Below, in pieces: positions 41,750 to 52,708 of a stretch of DNA of 64,000 bases. Within the stretch, counting starts at the first letter, position 1, and every line of letters starts with the position of its first letter. Under the pieces are notes generated by a model. The model had not been told where the DNA came from and searched no databases. It saw nothing but the letters and a program-made list of their open reading frames with translations. The translations under genes were made by a program, and so were the position numbers. Origin of the DNA: an uncultured Bacilli bacterium. GTDB taxonomy: Bacteria; Bacillota_I; Bacilli_A; RF39; UBA660. The stretch covers positions 12,740 through 76,739 of the forward strand of contig CANQBI010000001.1 of assembly GCA_947589435.1 (NCBI GenBank), in the 5' to 3' direction.

Positions 41750-43246
41750 TTGGGGATGTTTAAGATGCATTTATTGGGAGATTTTATTTATAATAACATT
41801 AAATATTTAATTTATATTAATAACAAGAACTTTACTTTTAGTAAGGTAGTTAATAATGAAGAAATATTTTATTTAACGGAAGAAGAACATAATTTAATAA
41901 AAGAAGTTTTAAAACAAATTCTTCCGACGGGTAATTTAATTAAATTAAATAATGTTACTTATAATCATAAGAAATATAATCATTATTTAGATATGACTAA
42001 TGATTTACATTATTTTTATGGCCAAAATAATAATATCAAAGATTTAGCGAATTTATGTTATCTCTATAATAATGAAGTAGAGTACGTAGGAGATAAACAT
42101 TTAAATAACGAAGATAAGGCTAAGAAAAGATATCAAAGATTAGTTAAAGTTAATAAAATATTAATAACTTTAAATATCTCTTTGGTGGCTTTTTTATCGA
42201 TTATTCCCAAAATTAATCCTGATATCAATAGATATATTAATAATCCCGTAACTTTAGCAATAAGAGAACTGGATAATAGAGTCATGACTTTAGAAGAAGT
42301 ATATGATTATTTAGATAAAAATCCTTACCTTAGTGAAAAAGAAAAAGAATATATTCATAAATTTGAAGATTTTATCATTACAGAACTACCATATACCAAT
42401 TATCAAGATTTAAAAGAAAATTTATTAAATATGAGAACTATTTATCATGAAGAACCAGGTGAATTTAGAGGTACTTGGACTTATCAAGGTAAAGAAAAAT
42501 ATAATATTGATATTTATAATAGTAAAAGTAGTGGGGATTTAGAAGAGGCTGATTATAGTACTTTTTCACATGAAGTATTACATGCTTTTACCGTTAATTA
42601 TGGTCATAAACCGAGATATATGAGTCCTTTTTATGAATTTATTAATATGGTTTTAAATAATGAATTTGTTAGTAATGAGGGTGGTTATTATCAATATGAT
42701 ATCGGTTATAGTGCCCTAAATAATGAAGGATACGCCTTAATGGAGTTATTTAACACCGATACTTTAAGAAGATTTCACGCCGAAGATGATGGAAATATCT
42801 TGCTTAAAGAATTAGAAACAATTATACCAGATCAATGGTTAGGTATTAAATTATTTAATACTTTTAATGATTATTATCTAATGTTAAAAAGTCATACTTA
42901 TACTAATGAAGAGTTAAATAGTATAAAATCAGAATTAAAAACAATGATAAATAGATATTATTTAGCAAAGAATAAACAAAATATTAGTGAAAATATTTAT
43001 ATGGCTTATTTATTAGATGTTAATACACTTATTAATAAGTTAGCCTCATCTTATAATGATTATGTTATTGAATTTCAATTTGTTAATATGAAATATTATT
43101 TTAATGATAAAATACCTCATAATAAAGAATTTGTTTTAAGATTAAAATCACCCGAAACAGGTGAGGTTTTGAAAGAAGTATCCTTAGATGATACCGCAAG
43201 TGTGGATAATGATTTATTAAATATTTTTTCTGATAAAACTAAATAA
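41750..43246 (+). CDS. Hypothetical membrane-anchored protein with an HExxH motif (possible zincin-like metallopeptidase)
   Basis: One TM helix (ILITLNISLVAFLSII). FSHEVLHAFT contains HExxH. No further family assignment possible by eye. Confidence 0.4.
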   Translation: MGMFKMHLLGDFIYNNIKYLIYINNKNFTFSKVVNNEEIFYLTEEEHNLIKEVLKQILPTGNLIKLNNVTYNHKKYNHYLDMTNDLHYFYGQNNNIKDLANLCYLYNNEVEYVGDKHLNNEDKAKKRYQRLVKVNKILITLNISLVAFLSIIPKINPDINRYINNPVTLAIRELDNRVMTLEEVYDYLDKNPYLSEKEKEYIHKFEDFIITELPYTNYQDLKENLLNMRTIYHEEPGEFRGTWTYQGKEKYNIDIYNSKSSGDLEEADYSTFSHEVLHAFTVNYGHKPRYMSPFYEFINMVLNNEFVSNEGGYYQYDIGYSALNNEGYALMELFNTDTLRRFHAEDDGNILLKELETIIPDQWLGIKLFNTFNDYYLMLKSHTYTNEELNSIKSELKTMINRYYLAKNKQNISENIYMAYLLDVNTLINKLASSYNDYVIEFQFVNMKYYFNDKIPHNKEFVLRLKSPETGEVLKEVSLDDTASVDNDLLNIFSDKTK

Positions 43247-43306
43247 TAGTGAAAAAATAGAAATTTTGTGTTAAGATAGGAAACCAAAAGAAAGGAAGTA
43301 TTAGAA

Positions 43307-44650
43307 ATGGAAGATACTATTTGTGCCGTAGCTACTTCAAGAATGGTGGGAGCTATTTCCATAATTAGAGTAAGTGGTGATGAAGCCTTAGACATAGTTT
43401 CCCATATTTTTAAAGGTAAAGATTTAAAAAAAGTAGCTAGTCATACTATTAACTATGGCCATATTGTTTATAATGATGAAGTTATTGATGAAGTATTAGT
43501 ATCTGTCATGTTAAAACCTAATACTTATACCAAAGAAGATGTGGTGGAAATTAATAGCCATGGGGGTATTAATACCACCAAAAAAATATTAGAAATACTT
43601 GTAAGTCTTGGTTGTCGTTTAGCAGAACCAGGCGAATTTACGAAAAGAGCTTTCTTAAATGGCCGAATAGATTTAGCGGAAGCCGAATCGGTTAATGATT
43701 TAATTAATGCCAAAACTGATATGGCAAGAAAGCTAGCCTTAAATAATTTAACAGGTAATTTTTCGAAAGAAATTAAAAGAGTTCGCCAAAAAATAACCGA
43801 TGTTATGGCAAACATTGAAGTAAATATTGATTATCCGGAATATAACGATATTGAAGTTGTAACGAATGATACTCTTTTACCTAAATTAAAAGAGGTAAAG
43901 AGTGATGTTGAAAGACTAATTAGAAGTTCTGAGAATAGTAAAATAATTAAAGAAGGAATCGATGTGGCCATTGTCGGTAAACCTAATGTGGGGAAAAGTA
44001 GTATTTTAAATAGATTGCTTGATGAAGATAAAGCCATTGTTACAGATATTGCGGGGACAACTAGAGATATTGTCGAAGGTTCCATTAGTTTAAATGGGTT
44101 TTTAATTAATTTTATTGATACGGCCGGGATTAGAGAAACCGAAGATGTGGTGGAAAAAATCGGGGTTCAAAAAAGTAGAGAAGTATTAGATAAAGCCGAT
44201 TTAGTTATTGTTGTTTTAAATAATAATGAAAAAATAACGGACTATGAAGAAGATTTAATTAAAAGTATACCCGAAAATAAAAGAATTATCTTAGTTAATA
44301 AATCCGATTTAGATAGGAAAATAGATTTAGATGATAAGTATATTTTAGGTAATACTGTTAGTGATAAAGGATTAGATAATTTAAAAAATGAAATAATCAA
44401 AGTTTTAGATTTAAATAATTTAATGAATAAGGATTTAACATATGCTTCCAATGTTAGACAATTAAGTTTACTAAAGAAGGCTTTAAAATCTTTAGAAGAC
44501 GCTATTAAAAATATTGGTGGAAATGTGCCAATCGATATGATTGAAATAGATATTTCTAATGCGTGGAAACATTTGGGAGAAATAACTGGTGAAGTCTATG
44601 AAGATGAATTGTTAGATACCTTATTTAGTAATTTTTGTGTAGGAAAGTAA
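43307..44650 (+). CDS. mnmE: tRNA modification GTPase MnmE
   Basis: G1 GKPNVGKSS, G3 DTAGIR, G4 NKSD. C-terminal CxGK. Confidence 0.95.
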   Translation: MEDTICAVATSRMVGAISIIRVSGDEALDIVSHIFKGKDLKKVASHTINYGHIVYNDEVIDEVLVSVMLKPNTYTKEDVVEINSHGGINTTKKILEILVSLGCRLAEPGEFTKRAFLNGRIDLAEAESVNDLINAKTDMARKLALNNLTGNFSKEIKRVRQKITDVMANIEVNIDYPEYNDIEVVTNDTLLPKLKEVKSDVERLIRSSENSKIIKEGIDVAIVGKPNVGKSSILNRLLDEDKAIVTDIAGTTRDIVEGSISLNGFLINFIDTAGIRETEDVVEKIGVQKSREVLDKADLVIVVLNNNEKITDYEEDLIKSIPENKRIILVNKSDLDRKIDLDDKYILGNTVSDKGLDNLKNEIIKVLDLNNLMNKDLTYASNVRQLSLLKKALKSLEDAIKNIGGNVPIDMIEIDISNAWKHLGEITGEVYEDELLDTLFSNFCVGK

Positions 44651-44660
44651 GGGGATTATT

Positions 44661-46517
44661 ATGTATGATGTTATAGTTGTTGGAGGAGGACACGCCGGAT
44701 GTGAAGCTGCCAATATTGCGGGTGTAATGGGAATGAAAGTTCTTCTTTTAACGATGAATTTAAATAATATAGCGGATATGCCTTGTAATCCTTCTATTGG
44801 GGGAACTGCTAAAGGAGTAATTGTAAGAGAAATAGATGCTTTAGGGGGCTTAATGGGAGTAGTGGCTGATAAAAGTCATTTTCAAATTAAAATGCTTAAT
44901 AATTCTAAAGGACCAGCCGTAAGAAGTTTAAGAGCCCAAGCCGATAAAAGAGTTTATCCTAAAAAGATGAGAGAGGCTTTAGATAATAATAAAAACTTAG
45001 AAATAAAAGAAGGTTTAGTAGAAGACTTAATTGTGGAAGACAATATTGTTAAAGGCGTAATTTTAGATAATGGGGAAAAGATAGCAAGTAAATGTGTTAT
45101 TTTAACTACCGGAACATATCTTAAAGCCAATGTTTTAGTGGGGAGTGAAAATACGCCTTCAGGACCTCATGGAGAAGGAAGAAGTAATCATTTAAGTGAT
45201 AATTTAAAGAAGTTAGGATTAAATATAATTCGTCTTAAAACGGGAACTCCGGAAAGAATAAAGGCGAGTTCTATTGATTTTTCGAAATGTACGGAAGAAC
45301 TTGGTGATGATACTTATTATACTTTTAGTCACGATATAAAACCTTGTTATAAGATAAATGAACAACAAAAATGTTATTTATTATATACCAATGAAAAAAC
45401 CCATCAAATTATTAGAGACCATTTAAATGAATCAGCAATGTATGGAGGATATGCCACCGGGGTAGGTCCAAGATATTGTCCTTCTATTGAAGATAAGATT
45501 GTAAGATTTGCAGATAAACCTCGCCATCAATTATTTTTAGAACCCGAAAGTATCTATTATGATGAATGGTACTTACAAGGGTTTTCCACAAGTATGCCAA
45601 GATACGTGCAAGAAGAAATGGTTCATAGTTTAAAAGGACTTGAAAACGCCATTATTACCAAATATGCTTATGCCATTGAATATGATGCCATAAATGCTTT
45701 ACAAATAAATCCTAGTTTAGAAAATAAGATATTAGAAAATTTATTTACCGCAGGGCAAATTAATGGTACTAGTGGTTATGAAGAAGCTGCTGGACAAGGG
45801 TTAATCGCAGGGATTAATGCGGCTTTAAAATTACAAGGTAAAGAACCTTTAATATTAAAAAGAAATGAAGCTTATATTGGGGTTTTAATTGATGATTTAG
45901 TAACTAAAGGAGTAAAAGATCCTTATCGTATGCTTACTAGTCGGGCTGAATTTCGTCTTATTTTAAGACATGATAATGCTGATTTAAGACTAAGAGAAAT
46001 TGGTTATAAGATTGGGACAATTAATGAGGAACAATACGAAAGATTACAAAAGAAAAAGAAAGATATTCAAAAGTTAAAAGAAGAAATTAAAAGATGGGGA
46101 ATTACCTTAGAAAAATCCGCCATTAAATTTAAAGAAAATAATTTACCTGTACCAAAACAAAATATTACTTTTGCCGAACTATTAAAAAGACCAGAAATTA
46201 CTTTTGATTTTGCTAATACATTACATAAATTTGATTATGATAAAGAAGTTTTAGAACAAGTTGAAATTGAAATTAAGTATGAAGGTTATATTAAAAAAGC
46301 CTATAAAGAGGCGGAAAAATTAAAGAAAATTGAAGAAAAACAAATACCTGAAGATATTGATTATAAACTCGTAAGTAACTTGGCTAGTGAGGCTCGCCAA
46401 AAATTATCTGAAGTAAGGCCTAAAACCCTAGCGCAAGCCTCACGTATTAGCGGGGTAAATCCTTCAGATATTGCCATTTTAGCAGTTTATTTAAAGAAAG
46501 AGTATAACCATGAATAA
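44661..46517 (+). CDS. mnmG: tRNA uridine 5-carboxymethylaminomethyl modification enzyme MnmG
   Basis: FAD motif VIVVGGGHAGCEAA. About 620 aa. Conserved throughout. Confidence 0.95.
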   Translation: MYDVIVVGGGHAGCEAANIAGVMGMKVLLLTMNLNNIADMPCNPSIGGTAKGVIVREIDALGGLMGVVADKSHFQIKMLNNSKGPAVRSLRAQADKRVYPKKMREALDNNKNLEIKEGLVEDLIVEDNIVKGVILDNGEKIASKCVILTTGTYLKANVLVGSENTPSGPHGEGRSNHLSDNLKKLGLNIIRLKTGTPERIKASSIDFSKCTEELGDDTYYTFSHDIKPCYKINEQQKCYLLYTNEKTHQIIRDHLNESAMYGGYATGVGPRYCPSIEDKIVRFADKPRHQLFLEPESIYYDEWYLQGFSTSMPRYVQEEMVHSLKGLENAIITKYAYAIEYDAINALQINPSLENKILENLFTAGQINGTSGYEEAAGQGLIAGINAALKLQGKEPLILKRNEAYIGVLIDDLVTKGVKDPYRMLTSRAEFRLILRHDNADLRLREIGYKIGTINEEQYERLQKKKKDIQKLKEEIKRWGITLEKSAIKFKENNLPVPKQNITFAELLKRPEITFDFANTLHKFDYDKEVLEQVEIEIKYEGYIKKAYKEAEKLKKIEEKQIPEDIDYKLVSNLASEARQKLSEVRPKTLAQASRISGVNPSDIAILAVYLKKEYNHE

Positions 46518-47226
46518 GGAAGATTTTATTGAAAGTTTAAAAAAATTAAATATTGAAGTTACTAATGAGACTATAGAAAAATTAGAAATATACAAAAATT
46601 TTTTACAAGAATATAATAAACATACTAATCTAACGCGAATTATTAGTGATGAAGATATTTATTTAAAACATTTTTATGATTCTTTAACTATTTTAAAAGC
46701 CTTTGATTTAAATAATGCCAATAATCTTTTAGATATTGGAACGGGAGCTGGTTTTCCAGGAATGGTTTTAAAAATATTTTTTCCTAATTTAAATGTTACT
46801 TTGTTAGATTCAAATAATAAGAAAACTAAATTTTTAGAAGAAATTACCCAAAAGCTAAATCTAGATGTGGAAATAGTTAATCAAAGAGTAGAGGATTATG
46901 CGAAAGATAACTTAAATAAATTTGATGTTGTTACATCACGAGCTGTAGCAAATATGCGAGTTCTTACCGAACTTTCTCTTCCCTTAGTAAATTTTAAAGG
47001 TGTCTTTGTGGCTTATAAAGGTAGTAATTTAGATGAACTTGAAGATGCCAAAGATACAATTGAAATAATGCATGGGAAAATACTCCGGATTATAACTTTT
47101 ATATTATATGACTATGATAATGTTGAAAGAAATATAATAGTAATTAGAAAATATGAAGATACAAAATTAAAAGATTTAAGACCTTATAACAAAATTTTGC
47201 ATAAACCTCTTGCGAAAAATGCGTAA
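46510..47226 (+). CDS. rsmG: 16S rRNA (guanine527-N7)-methyltransferase RsmG
   Basis: DIGTGAGFPG SAM motif. Overlaps the mnmG stop. Confidence 0.9.
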   Translation: MNKEDFIESLKKLNIEVTNETIEKLEIYKNFLQEYNKHTNLTRIISDEDIYLKHFYDSLTILKAFDLNNANNLLDIGTGAGFPGMVLKIFFPNLNVTLLDSNNKKTKFLEEITQKLNLDVEIVNQRVEDYAKDNLNKFDVVTSRAVANMRVLTELSLPLVNFKGVFVAYKGSNLDELEDAKDTIEIMHGKILRIITFILYDYDNVERNIIVIRKYEDTKLKDLRPYNKILHKPLAKNA

Positions 47227-47263
47227 ATAAGTTAGAATTAAATAATAGAGGTAGGGGTAAAAA

Positions 47264-48430
47264 GTGGATACTGAAAAAAATACAGATACACAAATTTTAA
47301 ATGTGCCAATTGAAGACATAATTCCTAATCGTTTTCAACCACGACTTAATTTTGATGAAAATTCATTAAAGGAACTAGCATCTTCAATTAAAGAACATGG
47401 GATTATTCAACCCCTAGTTTTAAGACGCCTTAATGATAAGTATGAAATCATTGCAGGGGAAAGAAGATATAAAGCTGCTAAACTTGCGGGACTTACATCA
47501 GTGCCAGCAATTCTTAGTGATTTAGATGATAATGCGAGTGCGGAAGTTGCCATTGTGGAAAATGTTCAAAGAAAAGATTTAACCTCAATTGAAGAAGCTA
47601 AATCTTATAAAACATTACTTGATAAAGGGTATTTAACCCAAGAAGAACTGGCTAAAAAAATGGGGTTAAGTCAATCAGCAATTTCTAATAAATTAAGATT
47701 ATTATCTTTATCAGATGAAGTTCAAAAAGCCATTATGGAAGGTAAAATTTCCGAAAGACATGCCAGAAGCCTATTACAATTAGAAGATGAAGATGACCAA
47801 AATAGTTGGTTAAAAAGAATTATTGAAGAAAGATTAACGGTTAGAGATTTAGACCAAAAATTAAAAGATTTAAATAAAAAAGAAAAATCAGAAGATGATG
47901 TACCAATAATTGAATCAACTCCAAGTATTTCGGATATAAAAGAAAAAGCTACTGATATAGTATCTTCTAAACCAATTGAGAATAAAGAAGAAGTAAAAAC
48001 TGAAGAAAAGAAAACTAATGTAATACCTAATAAATTCTTTAATTTTTTAGAGGATGAACAAGCCAATATGAATGTATCAGAACCAACAGAAGAAGAAAAA
48101 GAAGAAATTGCGGAAGCAATGAATGTAAATCCGATAATTTATCCAAAAGCTCCAGTAGTAAATGTTGAACCAGTTGTTGATTCAGTTGTTGAGCCAGTTG
48201 CGAGCGAAGAAGAAATTGAAATGTTAGATTTTGATGTTCCAACCAAAGAGCAAGAAGTAAAAGATGCAGATAATAAAGTTGAGGAACAAAAAGAATTTAG
48301 TTTAGATAAAGCTTATGAATTAATTAGTAAATTAGAAGATGATTTAAGAAATAATAATTATAAAATTAGTATGTCTCGAGAAAATGATGATAAAGAAGTT
48401 AGATATACAATTACAATAAGTAAAGAATAG
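47264..48430 (+). CDS. ParB/Noc-family DNA-binding protein with a long acidic C-terminal extension. No adjacent ParA.
   Basis: ParB box (IIQPLVLRR, YEIIAGERRYKAAKLAG) and HTH (QEELAKKMGLSQSAISNKLRLL). About 190-aa Glu/Lys/Asp-rich tail. Confidence 0.8.
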   Translation: MDTEKNTDTQILNVPIEDIIPNRFQPRLNFDENSLKELASSIKEHGIIQPLVLRRLNDKYEIIAGERRYKAAKLAGLTSVPAILSDLDDNASAEVAIVENVQRKDLTSIEEAKSYKTLLDKGYLTQEELAKKMGLSQSAISNKLRLLSLSDEVQKAIMEGKISERHARSLLQLEDEDDQNSWLKRIIEERLTVRDLDQKLKDLNKKEKSEDDVPIIESTPSISDIKEKATDIVSSKPIENKEEVKTEEKKTNVIPNKFFNFLEDEQANMNVSEPTEEEKEEIAEAMNVNPIIYPKAPVVNVEPVVDSVVEPVASEEEIEMLDFDVPTKEQEVKDADNKVEEQKEFSLDKAYELISKLEDDLRNNNYKISMSRENDDKEVRYTITISKE

Positions 48431-48578
48431 ATAAAAGTATAACAAAATAAGTTATGCTTTTTTAATAATACAAAAAACTACTCCAGGAATACTGGGGTAG
48501 CTAACCTATAAGACAACGCCAACTTCTTGCATTTTCTAATTTAATTATACTTAAGAGATCTTAAAAATGCAATATTTT

Positions 48579-50531
48579 TTATTCTTTTTCATCTTCTTTA
48601 CTGACAACTTCGGCTTTACTAATATTTGGTTCACTTCCTTTTAAGTAGTAGTACATTACAGCTCTACTAGAGTCTTTGGTAACTTCACCTGTAACAGCAT
48701 CTAGAATAATTCCGACCACATCATTTGGGGTATCATACCAGTTATCTTCATAACCCGTTTGGATTTCTTCCATTGTATCGGCCCAGATGTTTTTAGCAAC
48801 ACTGCTATAACTTTTGGTAAATTCACGGTTATTATCGTAACCTAACCAAACTAACATTAAATCATCTTTATTATAGCCTACTGTCCAATAATCGGTAGGC
48901 GTAGTTCCGGTTTTGATAGCATATTTTCTGGATAATTTACCGGCAATGGTTACCGCAGTAGCACTTGTATAATCTCTAAATGCGGAACTAGTGGTATTAG
49001 ATAATAATTCATTTAAAATATAAACATAATTAGGATTTAAGACTAAACTATTCTTTTCTTCTTTTGTATAAATAACAACTCCATCAGCATCTTCTATTTT
49101 TCTAATTAAATATAAATCTTTTTTGTATCCTCCAGAAGCTAAAGTATTATAGCCCGTAGCATAATCTAAGATGTTTATTTCACCCGTACCTAAGGCTAGC
49201 GATGGTACTGGTAATAATTCTTCTTTAATTCCGGCTTTGTTGGCTGTTTTTACAAGTTCTTCTGGTCCTAGAAAAAGGTTGGTTTTGACCGCATAAATAT
49301 TATCGGAAAAAGCAATTGCTGCGGCCATTGTTATATCTTTATTCGCGTATTTATCATTAGAATTAGTGGGAGAATAACTTTCTTTATTATTAATATTAAA
49401 AGTAGTGTATTCACTTTTAAATTTAGAAGAAGATATTAAATTATTTTCTAAAGCTCCATAGTAAAGGAAGGCTTTCATGGTAGAACCTACTTGTCTTTTT
49501 GATTCTGTAGCTCTATTGTAGGCACTTAAACTATAGTCATATCCTCCGGTTAAAGCTTCAATTTTACCTGATTGGGGGTCCACAATAACACTGGATACTT
49601 GAACCTCACTTTCCGAATTTAAATTTTTTAAAATATTTTTTTCTAAACTAGTTTGTTTGGCCATATCAAGGTTAGTATATATTTTAAGACCACCTGTTTC
49701 TAAAATACTTTTACTAATTCCGAGTTCTTCTAGTTCTTTATAAACGGCATCTTGATAATACATAAGCATTTGTAAGTTATTTTCACTATTTTTACCAACA
49801 ATAGTAACATTGTCAAAGTTTAAACTATCGTATTCTTCTTGGGTAATTTCCTCGTTATTATATAAAACTTTGGCCACTACTTTAGCCCTGCTAATTGAGG
49901 CATCATAGTTAGATACCGGATTATATTTATTGGGACTTTTCGGAATACCTGCCAAAATGATAGCCTCTTCTAAAGTAAGATTTTGGACATCCTTATTAAA
50001 ATAATAGTTGGCAGCATTACTAACCCCATAATTACCATTTCCATAGTTAATCGTGTTAAGGTAGGCTTCTAAGATTTCATCTTTATCGTATTGAATTTCG
50101 GCAATGACGGTTAAAAAGGCTTCTTCAAACTTTCTTTTCCAAGTTTTATCAAAGTCTAAATATAAGTTTTTAACTAACTGTTGGGTAATTGTGGAGGCCC
50201 CTTCGACGATATGTCCACTTGTTATATTATTCATCATGGCTTTACCGATTCTTAAAATATCAAATCCTTTATGGGTATAAAATTTTTTATCTTCCACAGT
50301 TACAACGGCATTTACAAGCTTTTCATCAATTTCTTCTAAATCGGCCCAAGTTGAGGTACTACTTCCTTTAACTACCAAAGTATCCTTGTTATCATATAAA
50401 TAAAATGTTCCATTATTGGTTATATTAAGTTTTGGCGTAATTAAAGCATAAATATTAATCCCAACATAAGAAATAATAAAGGCTAAAAAGCCAAATAATA
50501 ACGTCTTTAAAACCATTCTTTTTAAGCGCAA
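48579..50531 (-). CDS. Class A penicillin-binding protein (glycosyltransferase plus transpeptidase)
   Basis: GT motifs EDKKFYTHKGFD, GASTITQQ, RKFEE. TP motifs STMK, SDN, KTGTT. N-terminal TM anchor. Confidence 0.85.
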   Translation of the reverse strand: MRLKRMVLKTLLFGFLAFIISYVGINIYALITPKLNITNNGTFYLYDNKDTLVVKGSSTSTWADLEEIDEKLVNAVVTVEDKKFYTHKGFDILRIGKAMMNNITSGHIVEGASTITQQLVKNLYLDFDKTWKRKFEEAFLTVIAEIQYDKDEILEAYLNTINYGNGNYGVSNAANYYFNKDVQNLTLEEAIILAGIPKSPNKYNPVSNYDASISRAKVVAKVLYNNEEITQEEYDSLNFDNVTIVGKNSENNLQMLMYYQDAVYKELEELGISKSILETGGLKIYTNLDMAKQTSLEKNILKNLNSESEVQVSSVIVDPQSGKIEALTGGYDYSLSAYNRATESKRQVGSTMKAFLYYGALENNLISSSKFKSEYTTFNINNKESYSPTNSNDKYANKDITMAAAIAFSDNIYAVKTNLFLGPEELVKTANKAGIKEELLPVPSLALGTGEINILDYATGYNTLASGGYKKDLYLIRKIEDADGVVIYTKEEKNSLVLNPNYVYILNELLSNTTSSAFRDYTSATAVTIAGKLSRKYAIKTGTTPTDYWTVGYNKDDLMLVWLGYDNNREFTKSYSSVAKNIWADTMEEIQTGYEDNWYDTPNDVVGIILDAVTGEVTKDSSRAVMYYYLKGSEPNISKAEVVSKEDEKE

Positions 50532-50984
50532 TTTATCGTCACCCTTAATATTATGTAAAAAATATTTAAAATTATGTTGAAATTATATAGTTGTTATGTT
50601 ATAGTTTTTAAGACAAAAGAGGTGATTATATTAAAACATTAATAAACTGGCGTTTATATAATGATGGTAATTTAATCATTAATGATGAAAATGTCACGTG
50701 TGAGTTTAAAAAAGATGAGTATTTAATTTATGAAGATGATGAAAGTATAAATCGGATATTTCTAAAAGAAAAAAGATATGAAAGAGAGAATAATGAGTCT
50801 TTATTTGTAATAGATATCAAAAACAAAAAATTTAGTTTTTTACTTAAAGAAAAAGACTATTTAGTAGAAGATAAACTAGATGAAGGTTACTTAGAAATTG
50901 ATGAAGATATTACTTTAATGTATAAATTTAGTAATGAAGAAAAGAAAATAGTAATACAAATATTATAGTAACATATATAAGTAT

Positions 50985-51458
50985 GTGCATATAATGAGTA
51001 GAATGGAGAAGAGAATTATGAATTTAAAAGATATATCAAAAGAAGAATTAGAATCAATGAGTTATGATGAAATAGCTTATTTAGTTTTAGAACAAAATGG
51101 TAAGAAGATGAAACTTTTAGATTTATTTAAAAAAGTTTGTAAAGTTTTAGAATTACCAGAAGAAACTGTGGAAGATAGAATTGCGGATTTCTTTGAATTA
51201 CTTTCAATTAACAAAAAATTTGTTTTACTTCCTAATGGTTATTGGGATTTATCGACTAATCATGTTCAAGATATGGTGGTAGAAGATGAAGAAGATACCG
51301 AAGTTGAACTTGAAGAAGATACGGAAGATACCATAGAAGATGAAGAAAATGATGACGATGATATTTTCTATGATACGGATTTAGATGATAGTGATGATGA
51401 CGATGATGATTTAAAAGATTTAGTTATCATTGATGATGAAGAAAATATGGGTGAATAA
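50985..51458 (+). CDS. rpoE: DNA-directed RNA polymerase delta subunit
   Basis: N-terminal HARE-HTH domain (SYDEIAYLVLEQNGKKM...FLLPNGYWDL) followed by a poly-Asp/Glu tail. Confidence 0.8.
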   Translation: MHIMSRMEKRIMNLKDISKEELESMSYDEIAYLVLEQNGKKMKLLDLFKKVCKVLELPEETVEDRIADFFELLSINKKFVLLPNGYWDLSTNHVQDMVVEDEEDTEVELEEDTEDTIEDEENDDDDIFYDTDLDDSDDDDDDLKDLVIIDDEENMGE

Positions 51459-51538
51459 TTAACTATTATTTAAATTAACATATATTAATAAATAAACGTG
51501 AGACAGTAGTGTTTCACTTTTTATTACGGAGGTTTTGT

Positions 51539-52408
51539 ATGAAAATTTTAAAAAATATTGGTATTAGAATATCTTTTATTACCATTTTAATTAATTTTTT
51601 ATTGTTTTTATTTAAGTTAATTGCGGGTTTAATTGGTCATTCTGGAGCTATGGTTTCCGATGCTGTTCATTCTTTATCCGATGTCATTACGACGATTTTA
51701 GTTATCTTTGGTCTTATGATGTCGAGTAAGAGTGCGGATAGGGAGCACCCTTATGGCCATGAAAGAATGGAGTCTGTTTTTGGAACGCTTCTTTCATTTA
51801 TGTTATTTTTAACCGGAATGGGTATCGGTTATAAAGGGATGATGAATATTTTATCGGGAAGTAAGTTAGTAGTTCCAGGAGTAATTTCTTTAATCGCGGC
51901 CTTTATTTCGATTGTTATTAAAGAGGCAATGTTTCATTATACGAATTACTATGCGAAGAAATTAAACTCTACATCTCTGAAGGCTGATGCTTGGCACCAT
52001 CGGAGTGATGCTCTATCTAGTATTGCCTCTTTTGCCGCTATTTTAGCCTCTCGTTTAGGTCTTCCTATTTTAGACCCTATTTGTAGTGTGGTAATATCCC
52101 TATTCATAATTTATAGTGCGATTTCTATTTTTAGGGAAGCCACTAAAGAAATGGTGGATACCGCTTGTGATGAAGAAACATACAATAAAATATTAAATTT
52201 AGTTAAAAAATGTTATAAAAATATAGACATTAAGGATTTAAAAACGAGAATGTTTGGAAGCAAAATATATATTGATTTAGAAATTGCTCTTGATGGTAAT
52301 ACTTCTTTAAATAAAGTTGATAATATTGTAAGAAAAATCCATGATAATGTCGAAAAAGAATTTACTTTAGTCAAACATTGTAATATCCATGTTATTCCGA
52401 AGAAATAA
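51539..52408 (+). CDS. Cation diffusion facilitator family transporter
   Basis: Six TM helices. CDF signature SDAVHSLSD and the HH.SDA pattern. Start taken as MKILKN at 51539 rather than the ORF-track 51509. Confidence 0.8.
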   Translation: MKILKNIGIRISFITILINFLLFLFKLIAGLIGHSGAMVSDAVHSLSDVITTILVIFGLMMSSKSADREHPYGHERMESVFGTLLSFMLFLTGMGIGYKGMMNILSGSKLVVPGVISLIAAFISIVIKEAMFHYTNYYAKKLNSTSLKADAWHHRSDALSSIASFAAILASRLGLPILDPICSVVISLFIIYSAISIFREATKEMVDTACDEETYNKILNLVKKCYKNIDIKDLKTRMFGSKIYIDLEIALDGNTSLNKVDNIVRKIHDNVEKEFTLVKHCNIHVIPKK

Positions 52409-52470
52409 CTTGAATAAATTTATTTAAAGTGCTATTCTTAATAAAGAAAATAAAGAATGGGGGATTAGAT

Positions 52471-52629
52471 ATGAATGCTGAAATAAAGGCTGAAGTAGAA
52501 ACAAAAGATTTAGAATTAGCCTCAAAAGTTTTAAATAAGATAGGTTTAGATTTAGAAACTTATCTTAAAATGGCAATTACTGAACTAATTAATAAAGGTG
52601 ATATTCCATTTGAACTTGATAATGAATAA
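52471..52629 (+). CDS. Orphan RelB/DinJ-like ribbon-helix-helix protein (52 aa)
   Basis: MNAEIKAEVETKDLELASKVLNKIGLDLETYLKMAITELINKGDIPFEL follows the DinJ pattern. GGGGGA ribosome-binding site 7 nt upstream of the ATG. Confidence 0.6.
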   Translation: MNAEIKAEVETKDLELASKVLNKIGLDLETYLKMAITELINKGDIPFELDNE

Positions 52630-52708
52630 GAAATAGGAAATTCCTGTTTTTTTATTGTCATTTTAGTTAAAAAGTGCTACAATATACCCTTAATTAAAGG
52701 GGAAAATT

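Noticed and set aside
50600-50970. Possible small acidic ORF between the PBP gene and rpoE
   Set aside because: A continuous reading frame exists but no convincing start codon or RBS was found and no homology recognised. Left unannotated.
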